DNA of 60,437 bases, filler included. It is 4 parts of 4 records of this genome, joined end to end, with 100 filler letters (N's around TTAATTAATTAA, not from the genome) between each part and the next. Parts side by side here need not be neighbours in the genome. Positions count along the whole stretch, not along the records: positions 50,586 to 60,437 come from SRR22947727_45; 3 more parts are not named here. One strand, 5' to 3'. Position numbers and translations under genes: made by a program. Below the pieces are notes generated by a model. The model worked only from the letters and a program-made list of their open reading frames with translations. It searched no databases and had not been told where the DNA came from. Positions within the stretch are counted from its first letter, which is position 1; each line of letters starts with the position of its first letter. Shown piece by piece: positions 51,572 through 60,437 of this stretch.

Positions 51572-52210
51572 ATGATAAAAAAAATAAGTCTAACTAGTAT
51601 CAACAATTATTGGGATAAATACTACAAAAGAACTAAGCACGATAAACAATCTAGTTTTGCCAATTTTGTTCTAAAAAAGTTAAAAAATAAAAAAAAACTC
51701 AATCTTGCTGATATTGCTTGTGGTAATGGAAGAGACACAATTTTTTTTCACAAAAATGATTTAAAAGTAATTGGTTTTGATCAATCTGGTAATGTTGTTA
51801 AAAATAATATAAAAAAATTTGGTAATTTTTTTTTGACTGTAAATTATTGCAAAAAAAATTTAAGAATAGGTCAAAAGTTTGATACTTTTTATATAAGATT
51901 TTTTTTTCACGCAATAACTGAAAAAATGGAAATAAATTTCTTGAAAAATTTAAAAAAAACATCAAAAAAAAAAGCTATTTTTTTTTGTGAGTTCAGAACC
52001 GACAAAGATCCATTAATTAAAAAGGGTATTAAAATTTCAAGATTTGAAAGATTTACAACCCATTATAGAAGATTTATTGAATTAAAAAGTTTTAAAAAAA
52101 GATTAAAATACAATAAATTTAAAATTCTGTACGAAAAAACTAGCAATAAATTTGCAATTAAAAAAAGAGAAAAACCCAGTATTTGTAGAATGATATTTAC
52201 TAATGCTTAA
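51572..52210 (+). CDS. Class I SAM-dependent methyltransferase
   Basis: DIACGNGRD, RFFFHA, EFRT..D and HYRRF motifs. Confidence 0.85.
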   Translation: MIKKISLTSINNYWDKYYKRTKHDKQSSFANFVLKKLKNKKKLNLADIACGNGRDTIFFHKNDLKVIGFDQSGNVVKNNIKKFGNFFLTVNYCKKNLRIGQKFDTFYIRFFFHAITEKMEINFLKNLKKTSKKKAIFFCEFRTDKDPLIKKGIKISRFERFTTHYRRFIELKSFKKRLKYNKFKILYEKTSNKFAIKKREKPSICRMIFTNA

Positions 52211-53399
52211 ATTATTAACTTATTTATTAGTTCTAATATTAAAATTTTTAATTCCTACTGATAAAAATTTAATTGTGTTTGGCCATAGAGCCGGGAGGCG
52301 CTTTGGTGATAACTCAAGATCTTTGTTTTTTTACTTAAATAAAAAAATGAAAGAAAAAAAATGTATTTGGATAACAAAAAATAAATTAGTTCTCAAAGAT
52401 ATTAAAAAATTAGGACTCAACACTTACTATCACAACAGTTTTTTAGGTATATATTTCTCATTGAGAGCTAAATGGCATATTTACGATTGCACAGAAGGAG
52501 ATATTAATGAGCCAATTACTAAATTGTCTAATAATATAAACTTGTGGCATGGTATACTTTTCAAAAAACTTAAAAAACATAAAGAAAATAGTTTTACTAA
52601 AATAATTTTTAAAATAACAAATTTATTTTTTAATAAGTATATTGTTTATCCAAATAAAGTTTACTCAAAACATCTGTTAAATCATTTTCCTCAAAAAAAA
52701 TTTAAACTTATTGTTTCAAATTCACCACGCAACATCTTTATGTATGAAAATAATTTAAAAAAATTAAATTATTTCAAAACCTTTAAAGAAAAAAAAATTA
52801 GCACTTATCTGATTAAATCAAAAAAAAAAATTATTGGATATTTTCCTACATGGAGATTAAATGGAATAGAAATTTTTCCTCAACAAATTAATAATTCTAA
52901 TTTAAAAGAATTAAGTAAATTTTTGCAAAAGAAAAATCTTCTTATGGTAATTAAGAAACATCCTAATTCTTTTATTGAGGATAACCATCGCTTATACAAT
53001 GAAAAATTAGAAGAAACTTATAAGTATCTTTCAAAACTTAAAGGTTTTTATCTTTTAGATTATGATATTGATTTGAACTCAATCATGCACAATTGTGATT
53101 TACTGATATCTGATTATTCAGGTGCTATATTTGATTTTTTAATAATAAATAAACCAATAATTCTCTATACTCCTGATATTAAAAACTACACAAAAAATCC
53201 TGGATTGAATTTTAATCTAACAAAAATAAAAATTAGCCCTATTGTTAAAAATATTGATAATCTCATAAATGAATTAAAGAAATTTTCAAAATCTAGTAGT
53301 TTGTATAAAAAAAAATATGAAAAAAATATTCTAAGTTTTAAAAAAAAAATATTTATTGATGATGATTGTTTTAATAAGATAGTAAAAATAATTAAGTAA
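52203..53399 (+). CDS. CDP-glycerol:glycerophosphate (polyol-phosphate) transferase, TagF/TagB-like
   Basis: NLWHG, PRN, PTWR, KKHP and ISDYSG..FDF motifs. Confidence 0.85.
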   Translation: MLKLLTYLLVLILKFLIPTDKNLIVFGHRAGRRFGDNSRSLFFYLNKKMKEKKCIWITKNKLVLKDIKKLGLNTYYHNSFLGIYFSLRAKWHIYDCTEGDINEPITKLSNNINLWHGILFKKLKKHKENSFTKIIFKITNLFFNKYIVYPNKVYSKHLLNHFPQKKFKLIVSNSPRNIFMYENNLKKLNYFKTFKEKKISTYLIKSKKKIIGYFPTWRLNGIEIFPQQINNSNLKELSKFLQKKNLLMVIKKHPNSFIEDNHRLYNEKLEETYKYLSKLKGFYLLDYDIDLNSIMHNCDLLISDYSGAIFDFLIINKPIILYTPDIKNYTKNPGLNFNLTKIKISPIVKNIDNLINELKKFSKSSSLYKKKYEKNILSFKKKIFIDDDCFNKIVKIIK

Positions 53400-54404
53400 C
53401 TATAGTTTATTGCAATCTTTCAACCACGCTTTTAAATAATCTATTTCTGAATTTTCAAAAATTTTTTCTTTGATTAAACTACGGTATATTTTAATCATAT
53501 TTGTTTCAAAATGACTCACACCTTTTTTAAGATTTAATTTTTCAATAAAATTGAAAACATTTTTACTATTAAGATACATTGGTATTTCCAAATTAAAATC
53601 GTTCATTAGATTATGCAAATTTCTATTTTGATACATAGTTGTTCCAAAAAAAAGAATTTCTAAACGATTTTTTTTTAATATTTGTAGTGCAATTATACTT
53701 CTCCAAATATCTGTACACCGCATTGTGCAAGTAACTGGTAGATACATCAGTTTAGCCAATGATTTATGCCAAATTGTATTTTGACTATTGAAAGTTGATT
53801 TTGCTTCACCTAGAGAAATTTTAAGATTCTTAAATTTTACGTCTATTTTACTATTCAATAATCTAAAAATAGCATCAACATCAGGATTATTTTCTGCAAC
53901 ACCCTGTTGTAAATAAAAATTTTTTTCTTTTTTAATTTTATCTATTTTAATTTTATTTTTGTATATTTCATCGAGTGGAATCCCACGTGGCCAAATTTTG
54001 TTATCACCTTTTTTCTTTATGAATAAATCATAAATGTTTATCCAACTTATATTTTGGATTGTATTAACTTTATGATTTAATTTAATTGTATTAAAATAAT
54101 TTTTTTTTGGTGCATTATCATCATCTGTCTCAATTATAAACTCACAATTATTTTTTAGTGAAATTAAATATCCAATATTTTTTCGTGAATAAGTATTAGC
54201 TGGGCAAATTTTTGAAAAGAAAAATTTTAATTTTTTTTGTTTTTCATAGGAAATAAAATTTCCATATCTTAAAGTAAAATTTTTTGGAGTTTTTTTATCT
54301 CCAATAATTATCAGGTCCCAATTTTTTTTTTTACAACCATTCTCAAAAAATTTAATGTTTTTATTTGGTGAATTAATAGTTGTAATTACTAATGATGTTT
54401 TCAT
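53400..54404 (-). CDS. STELLO/DUF288-like glycosyltransferase-family protein
   Basis: VITTI, GDKKTP, RKNIGYL, ETDDDN, WPRG.P, DVDAI.RL, NSQNT and DIWRS motifs. Confidence 0.8.
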   Translation of the reverse strand: MKTSLVITTINSPNKNIKFFENGCKKKNWDLIIIGDKKTPKNFTLRYGNFISYEKQKKLKFFFSKICPANTYSRKNIGYLISLKNNCEFIIETDDDNAPKKNYFNTIKLNHKVNTIQNISWINIYDLFIKKKGDNKIWPRGIPLDEIYKNKIKIDKIKKEKNFYLQQGVAENNPDVDAIFRLLNSKIDVKFKNLKISLGEAKSTFNSQNTIWHKSLAKLMYLPVTCTMRCTDIWRSIIALQILKKNRLEILFFGTTMYQNRNLHNLMNDFNLEIPMYLNSKNVFNFIEKLNLKKGVSHFETNMIKIYRSLIKEKIFENSEIDYLKAWLKDCNKL

Positions 54405-54460
54405 AATCTTAATGATTTGTTATATACATTCATAATATTAATGCTACATACTTTAAAAAA

Positions 54461-55471
54461 ATGATCAAATTCTTAAAAAATACAATAAAAAAATTTACAC
54501 TACAAACACCAAAATTACTCGAAGGTGTCAAAAATGAAAAAAATTTTGATGATCCTGCGGTAATATTTAAATCGTTTGGAGATCTGAATGAAGACAAAAT
54601 TTTTTATGTAATTAAAAGAAGTCCTGGAACTGGTTTGTTTTCAAATGTTACTTTTGTATTAAATCATCTTAGAATTTGTAAAAAAAATAATTTCATTCCT
54701 GTAATTGATATGGAAAATTTTAAAACAATTTATAATGAAAATAAAAAAATAAAAAAAACAAATAATTCTTGGGAATATTATTTTGAAAAATTAAATGATT
54801 TTTCACTTAATGAAGTTTATAAAAGTAAAAATGTTTTAATAACGAGCGATAAGTTTTTTCATTTTTTTACATATAATATGGATTTAGATAAAGAACTTAC
54901 AAGAATATTACAAGATCAAATAAAAATAAAAAAAGGACTGTTAAAAAGTTATAATAAAATCAGAAGTGTTTTTAGAGACAAAAAAATACTTGGTATACAT
55001 TTTAGAGGTACAAGCTACAAACGTTCACCTGGACACCCTTTTCCTGCTACAAAAAAACAAATGTTTGAGATTACAAAAAATTTAATAAATAAAGAAAATA
55101 TTGATAAAATTTTTTTAGTAACAGAAGAACAAAATTATCTAAATTTTTTTAAAAAAAAATTTCCAAACAAAGTTATTTACATTAAAAGTTGTTACAGATC
55201 AGATAAAAATGATGCTTTTGAAATTTATCCCCGTGATAGACACAGGTATAAACTTGGAAGAGAAGCTTTGCTTGAAACTCTTCTTCTATCAAAATGTGAT
55301 TATTTTATTTATCTTTGTTCAAACATAAGCTCTGCAGCAATTTCATTTAATTTAAATCAAAAACAAAAAAGAATAGAAATCAAAAATGGTATTAATTCTA
55401 AAAATATTTTAATCTCTCAATTTCTCTGGTATTTGAAGTCAATATTGCCAAAATACTTTGGTGGTATCTAA
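54461..55471 (+). CDS. Fucosyltransferase-like GT-B protein (NodZ/GT23/O-FucT-like)
   Basis: GLFSN, GIHFRGT, FL.TE and LLSKCD...SN.S motifs typical of the GDP-fucose-binding superfamily. Confidence 0.7.
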   Translation: MIKFLKNTIKKFTLQTPKLLEGVKNEKNFDDPAVIFKSFGDLNEDKIFYVIKRSPGTGLFSNVTFVLNHLRICKKNNFIPVIDMENFKTIYNENKKIKKTNNSWEYYFEKLNDFSLNEVYKSKNVLITSDKFFHFFTYNMDLDKELTRILQDQIKIKKGLLKSYNKIRSVFRDKKILGIHFRGTSYKRSPGHPFPATKKQMFEITKNLINKENIDKIFLVTEEQNYLNFFKKKFPNKVIYIKSCYRSDKNDAFEIYPRDRHRYKLGREALLETLLLSKCDYFIYLCSNISSAAISFNLNQKQKRIEIKNGINSKNILISQFLWYLKSILPKYFGGI

Positions 55472-55479
55472 TTAAATTT

Positions 55480-56565
55480 ATGAAAATTGCATTTGATCAC
55501 ACAATTTTTCTGTTACAAAAATATGGTGGTATTTCCAGATATTTTTTGGAATTACAAAATATAATGCAATCAAAAAACAATATTAAAATATTTAGTCCAA
55601 TTTATTTAAATAACTATCTTTATAATAAAAAAAATATAATAAAATTTTTACAGATAAAAAAAATTCCAAAATTCTCTACAAAATTGCTTAATAAATCAAA
55701 TTTTATTTTAAATGAAATGTATTTTAAATTCTGGAAACCCAATATTATTCATAAAACATATTTTAATGATTACATGTACAATATTAAAGATGCAAAAAAA
55801 GTCGTAAATGTATGGGATTTAAGTCATGAAATTTATCACTATATGTATAATAAACCCTCTAATTGGCGACCTAAGGAAAACACATTTAAACACGTTGATC
55901 ACATAATTTGTTCATCCAAAAAAACTCAAAATGATTTAATTAATTTTTACAACATTGATTTTGATAAAACCTCTGTCATATATCAAGGAACACCTGAATT
56001 ATTAAGATCTACTAGAAATTTACATATCGATTATAAATTTTTTTTGTATGTAGGAAGTAGAAAAAAATATAAAAACTTTGAAATAATATTAAAAATGCTT
56101 GCCACGAAAAAAAATTTTTTAAAAGACTTCAAATTAATCTGTTTTGGTTACGAAACGTTTGAAAATAGTGAAATTGAATTAATGAATAAATACAATATAG
56201 ATAATGATAAAATTAAATTATTTTCAGGTGATGATCAAGTTTTAGCTGCATTATATGAAAAAGCTGAGGCTCTTATTTTTCCATCTTTAAATGAAGGATT
56301 CGGCTTCCCCCCTTTAGAAGCTATGAAGTTTGGCTGTTCAGTAATTGCCAGTGATAATCTTGCGATTAAAGAAGCTGTTGGGAACTGTGGTTTCTATTTT
56401 GATCCAAAAGATGAAAAAAGTTTAGAAAATTCTATTGAAAATTTTTTGAATTCAAAAGAAGAAAGAGAAATAAAAAAAAAAGATGGTTTTGCAAGATCAA
56501 AATTATTTAATTGGGAAAAAACTTCTCAAGAATTACTTGAGGTTTATAAAAAAATTTTAAACTAA
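55480..56565 (+). CDS. GT4 glycosyltransferase (mannosyl/rhamnosyltransferase-like)
   Basis: Q.YGGISRYF, YVG.R..YKNF and PS..EGFG.PPLEAM motifs. Confidence 0.88.
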   Translation: MKIAFDHTIFLLQKYGGISRYFLELQNIMQSKNNIKIFSPIYLNNYLYNKKNIIKFLQIKKIPKFSTKLLNKSNFILNEMYFKFWKPNIIHKTYFNDYMYNIKDAKKVVNVWDLSHEIYHYMYNKPSNWRPKENTFKHVDHIICSSKKTQNDLINFYNIDFDKTSVIYQGTPELLRSTRNLHIDYKFFLYVGSRKKYKNFEIILKMLATKKNFLKDFKLICFGYETFENSEIELMNKYNIDNDKIKLFSGDDQVLAALYEKAEALIFPSLNEGFGFPPLEAMKFGCSVIASDNLAIKEAVGNCGFYFDPKDEKSLENSIENFLNSKEEREIKKKDGFARSKLFNWEKTSQELLEVYKKILN

Positions 56566-56619
56566 TTATTAATTGATAAATTTATTTAATTATTAAATAA
56601 AAGTTTTGTTTCATCATTT

Positions 56620-57009
56620 CTAAATAAGCTTATCTTTTAATCGAAATGTGTCTTTTTCGTAATTTTTACCACCCCTAAGGCCATCAGCGAATGCAAGCAT
56701 TGTTGATTTAGTTTTAGCTTTAAAAACATGAGAGACAAATGGTTTGTGAGTAATTAGATCATTCTTTTTAACTATTCTTTTTAATTTTTTACCAAAGAAT
56801 TTACCATTTTTATCTACTTTAGAAGTGATCATCGTCAATTTTCCCTCTAATATGAATGAATACTGAGTGCTTTTTTTGTGAAAATGGTTCCCTCTCACTG
56901 AGTTTTTTTTAAAGGTCACTAAAGTGCAATGATCCTTAGGTTTGTCTACAAAAATATCTAAAATAAAACCTCTTTTATCTTTTTGGTTAATTTTTTTTTT
57001 TTGAATCAT
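56620..57009 (-). CDS. Cupin (FdtA/WxcM-like sugar isomerase/epimerase)
   Basis: D.RG, RGNH.HK and P...H motifs. Confidence 0.75.
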   Translation of the reverse strand: MIQKKKINQKDKRGFILDIFVDKPKDHCTLVTFKKNSVRGNHFHKKSTQYSFILEGKLTMITSKVDKNGKFFGKKLKRIVKKNDLITHKPFVSHVFKAKTKSTMLAFADGLRGGKNYEKDTFRLKDKLI

Positions 57010-58178
57010 TTTAAACTTTTAATGATTTTTGGAATCGATGTATATTTAATTTTTTTAAAAAATTTTTTTTTTATAAGAAATTTTGTTATATTCCATGGTA
57101 AAATTAATGCTGAATCAGCATTTATATATCTTGTCTCCTTAATTATTTTTATTCCAGTACCTGGTGTAAACTTATTAATTTTATGCTTTGATTTATCTAC
57201 AATAAATTTCAATTCTTTATCAGTAACATCACAACAATTTAATAAAGTATTCCCTTTTGTTGCAGCACCAACACCAATTGTAGATTTATGTTTTTTTAAG
57301 AAATCTTTAACTTTTTTTATAGTTAAAAATGCTTTTTTTTTAAAAGATCTAAATTGATTAAGTGTAACTTTTCTTGGATTTTTAAAATTATTAAATTTAT
57401 TAACATTTGATGCAAAGACTCTTAGTGAACCTGACATATAATTAATTTTTTGAATCTTATAAACAAAGAGATTGTATTTTTTTAAAACTTTACAAATTGA
57501 TTTTTCACTAAAATAATGTCTATGTTCATGATAAATAGTATCAAAACCAACTTTTTCAATTAATGAATTTAAATCTGGAACTTCTAATATCAAATGTCCC
57601 TTTTTTTTTAATAAAATCTCAACACCTTCTAAAAAATCTCCAATGTCATCAACATGATTAAATACATTTGCACCATAAATGACATCAGCATTACCTTTTT
57701 TATTTAAAATTATTTTTGATGTTTTTCGATTAAAATAATTTGTAAAAGTTTCAATTTTTTTTCTTCTTGAGATATTTGTTATATTTTTTGATGGATCTAC
57801 ACCTAGAATTTTTGCTTTACTAAAATTATAAATTTCCTTTAAAAATGTACCATCATTACTACCTGCTTCCACAACAAAGTGTTTTTTATCTAATTTATAA
57901 TTTTTGCTAATATATTTTGCTATTTCTCTAAAATGAGTTCTAGAAACAACAGAATTATCTGAAGTATAAGAATAATCATATTTTTCATATCTAATATATT
58001 TTGGAACAGGATAAATTGAAGTCATATGTGAGCATTCGCAAAATCCAACAATTAATGGATATCTTTTTAATTTTTGAGCATTAAATTTATTTTTTAAGAA
58101 AGTGTCTGCACAAGGATGTTTGCCAAGAGACAATTTATCAATAAATTTTTTATTACAAATATTACATTTTTTTTTCAT
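57006..58178 (-). CDS. NDP-hexose C-methyltransferase family (Zn-binding N-domain plus class I MTase)
   Basis: CNIC...C.C, EAGSNDG, NVF.H, FDTIYHEH and GA..KG..LLN motifs. Confidence 0.85.
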   Translation of the reverse strand: MKKKCNICNKKFIDKLSLGKHPCADTFLKNKFNAQKLKRYPLIVGFCECSHMTSIYPVPKYIRYEKYDYSYTSDNSVVSRTHFREIAKYISKNYKLDKKHFVVEAGSNDGTFLKEIYNFSKAKILGVDPSKNITNISRRKKIETFTNYFNRKTSKIILNKKGNADVIYGANVFNHVDDIGDFLEGVEILLKKKGHLILEVPDLNSLIEKVGFDTIYHEHRHYFSEKSICKVLKKYNLFVYKIQKINYMSGSLRVFASNVNKFNNFKNPRKVTLNQFRSFKKKAFLTIKKVKDFLKKHKSTIGVGAATKGNTLLNCCDVTDKELKFIVDKSKHKINKFTPGTGIKIIKETRYINADSALILPWNITKFLIKKKFFKKIKYTSIPKIIKSLK

Positions 58179-58983
58179 AAATACTGTTTTTGATATATCT
58201 TTTTAATAAAAAAAACGATTTTTTGTTATAATAAACACTATTTCCTTTATTTTGAACAGAATTGATATTTTTTTTTTTCGACTTAAAGAAAATTTTAAAA
58301 TCATTTTTATTATACTTTTTATAATATTTATTAAACAAATCATAAATTTTAGAGATTTTAATTAAATCTTTATTACCATAATTTTTAGTAAAACTTTTTG
58401 AAATTATTGACTCTTTGTATATTAACTTTACAAAATGATTGACATCAGCATAGCCTCTTTGGTCTTCTGAATTACCAGAAAACAAATGATATTTTTTTTT
58501 GCTAATAAACATAATTTTAAATAAATAATTGTGGAAATGATCAGAATTTGCAAATTTATGACCTATTAAATTGAATGGTCGCCAAATTTGAAAATGCTTA
58601 AATAATTTTTTATTTTTTAAGATATATCTTTCACAATTAAGTTTTGTTGATCCTATTGTATGTTTTTTATTATAATAAACACTTGATGATGATAAATAAA
58701 TTAATTTTCTTATCTTAATTTTTTTTACAATTTTCTTTAACCATATTAATTCTTTTTTGAAGCTATTATTAATAAAATTTTTTTTTAAAATTCTTGGACT
58801 TGAAAAAAAAAAACAATTTTCCACTTTCTTAAAGGGTATATCAATTTTTTTTTTGTCTAAATCTAATTTTTTAAAACTTTTTCCAGATCTACTAAAAAAA
58901 ACAAAATTTTTTTTCTTTTTAAAATGCTTATAAAATGTACTACCAACCAATCCAGATGCACCTATTACAATATTGTATCTCAA
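58162..58983 (-). CDS. Atypical NAD-dependent epimerase/reductase (extended SDR)
   Basis: GASGLVG, YLSSSSVY, R..N..G and R.Y..V motifs; TTG start. Confidence 0.7.
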   Translation of the reverse strand: MRYNIVIGASGLVGSTFYKHFKKKKNFVFFSRSGKSFKKLDLDKKKIDIPFKKVENCFFFSSPRILKKNFINNSFKKELIWLKKIVKKIKIRKLIYLSSSSVYYNKKHTIGSTKLNCERYILKNKKLFKHFQIWRPFNLIGHKFANSDHFHNYLFKIMFISKKKYHLFSGNSEDQRGYADVNHFVKLIYKESIISKSFTKNYGNKDLIKISKIYDLFNKYYKKYNKNDFKIFFKSKKKNINSVQNKGNSVYYNKKSFFLLKRYIKNSIYEKKM

Positions 58984-58991
58984 ATTAGACC

Positions 58992-59945
58992 CTATAATTT
59001 ATAAATTTTATTTCTTTTATACCATTTAAAAGTTTGGTAAAATTTTTCATAGAACTTCGAATAAGCAATTCCTAAACCAAATTTTTTAAGCTTTTTATTA
59101 CTTCCATGAGTTTTTAAAATGTCTGCTTTGTGAATTTTAACTAATTTAATTTTAACTTTATAATTTTTGTTAAAATTTTTTACAACATCGTAAATATTTA
59201 TCGGATTATTTGAACAAATATTAAAGATTTCATGTTTGTTAAAACTTTTTTTAATAATTTTTTCAACAGCTTTAACAACATCATCTATATAAGTAAAATC
59301 TCTCAAATGATTTCCATAATTATTCAAATAAAATATTTTTTTGGTCAAATGTGCTTTAAATAATTTCAGCATGAACATATCAGGTCTTCCCCATTCACCA
59401 AAAACAGTAAAAAATCTTAATCCAATAAAGTTTATCTTATCAATTTTTTGATGCATATCGGCTATCTCTTCATTAAGTTTTTTACTGACTGCATAAATGT
59501 TTTTTGGATTAAGTTTTTCACTTTCTTCTAGTGGAAAGTTTGTACTTTCACCATAAACTGAACTTGATGAAGCATAAATAAATTTCTTAATTTTTCTCTT
59601 CTTTGCTTCCTCTACTAAATTTAAAAAACCTAATATATTTACGTCTATATATTTTGTTGGATTTTCAAGGGAATACCTTACTCCTGCTTGGGCTGCCAAA
59701 TTAATAATCATGTCTATTTTTACTTTTTTAAAAAAAAGGTTTAATTTTTTTTTATTATTTATATCAACATTATAAAAATTAAATTTTTTAGCCTTCTTTA
59801 AAATATTTAATCTACGTTTTTTTAAGGAAATGGAATAATAATTATCAAAATTATCAATGCCGCAAATATCATAATTTCTTTTTAAAAGATAGTTTGCAAG
59901 ATTAAAACCAATAAAGCCTGCAACACCTGTTATTAAAATTTTCAT
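58992..59945 (-). CDS. UDP-glucuronate 4-epimerase-like extended SDR
   Basis: TGVAGFIG, LAAQAGVRYS, YASSSSVYG, YAVSK and RFFTV.G.WGRPDM motifs. Confidence 0.88.
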   Translation of the reverse strand: MKILITGVAGFIGFNLANYLLKRNYDICGIDNFDNYYSISLKKRRLNILKKAKKFNFYNVDINNKKKLNLFFKKVKIDMIINLAAQAGVRYSLENPTKYIDVNILGFLNLVEEAKKRKIKKFIYASSSSVYGESTNFPLEESEKLNPKNIYAVSKKLNEEIADMHQKIDKINFIGLRFFTVFGEWGRPDMFMLKLFKAHLTKKIFYLNNYGNHLRDFTYIDDVVKAVEKIIKKSFNKHEIFNICSNNPINIYDVVKNFNKNYKVKIKLVKIHKADILKTHGSNKKLKKFGLGIAYSKFYEKFYQTFKWYKRNKIYKL

Positions 59946-60437
59946 AATTTAGAAATATTTTTTAAAAATTTATAAATAAAAATCATTAATACTAAAATTT
60001 TATTTTGTCCGTTATCTAATCTAATCTTTATTTCTTCAATAAAATGATCAAAAAAACTTATTTGACTTGAATAACCACCTCTTCTAAAAACTCCAAATAA
60101 TTCGTTTTTATTTGTTCCTATACCTTTAAGTTTTTCTTTAACTATCATTCTGAAAAAATAATCATAATCAGATGAATACTTGTATTTAAGATTATAAAGT
60201 CCTACTTTTTTTGCAGAATTTTTTTTTATGAAAAAACCAGTAGAATGACTAGAGTAGAAGCCCCAACTCCAAAAAATTTTGTATGGTTTGTAACCATACA
60301 AAGTTCCCCAATGTTTTTTTACAGCTCCAAAGATAAAATCTTTGTCTAGATTCTTGTTTATATAAATATTTAATATTTCTAGAGCTTTATCTGTAAATAT
60401 ATCATCTGAATTTAAAAATCCTATATAATCCCCCTGT
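59942..60437 (-). CDS. GT2 glycosyltransferase (WcaE/WfgS-like; 5' truncated by window end)
   Basis: The frame from 60436 reads GDYIGFLNSDD; H...F, DYD and GG.S motifs. Confidence 0.85.
   Translation of the reverse strand, partial: QGDYIGFLNSDDIFTDKALEILNIYINKNLDKDFIFGAVKKHWGTLYGYKPYKIFWSWGFYSSHSTGFFIKKNSAKKVGLYNLKYKYSSDYDYFFRMIVKEKLKGIGTNKNELFGVFRRGGYSSQISFFDHFIEEIKIRLDNGQNKILVLMIFIYKFLKNISKL

Overview
This window is not one contiguous locus. It is four contigs joined by three identical artificial 100-bp linkers (N44-TTAATTAATTAA-N44 at 17316-17415, 42084-42183 and 50486-50585). Contig 1 (1-17315) is from a very AT-rich, streamlined marine alphaproteobacterium (Pelagibacterales/HIMB59-like, inferred). 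It holds the 5' end of a tRNA-Ser, the mltB-rlpA-dacA-tmk-holB-metG-tatD-MBL cluster, and accessory genes: oxidoreductase, lactonase, PCD, SelO, GFA, a BesD-like Fe/2OG enzyme, TupA, DUF4198, HupE/UreJ, DUF3147 and EamA. Contig 2 (17416-42083) is from a Flavobacteriaceae genome. It holds groEL/ES, secG, lptE, a sigma54 activator, miaB, topA, an arginase-like gene, the gldKLMN T9SS/gliding motor, an ABC-F, a TolC remnant missed by the ORF track, a GLPGLI/beta-barrel pair and an AldC-like lipoprotein. Contig 3 (42184-50485) is a Pelagibacter-like dxr-bamA-skp-fabZ-lpxD-lpxA-lpxI-lpxB / gltX region. Contig 4 (50586-60437) is a Pelagibacter-like surface-glycan island. The best leads are: (i) a candidate sigma54-driven groESL circuit in the flavobacterium, made of a -24/-12 element, TGMCA-N3-TGKCA boxes and a linked activator with no sensor domain; (ii) a TolC C-terminal remnant abutting the ABC-F stop codon; (iii) a divergent Ni/Co/W uptake cassette whose start codons are 1 nt apart; (iv) several likely pseudo-enzymes (RlpA, the arginase fold before gldK, an SDR); and (v) a C-methyl-sugar/STELLO/fucosyltransferase glycan island. 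All family calls come from motif recognition by eye; no database searches were run.
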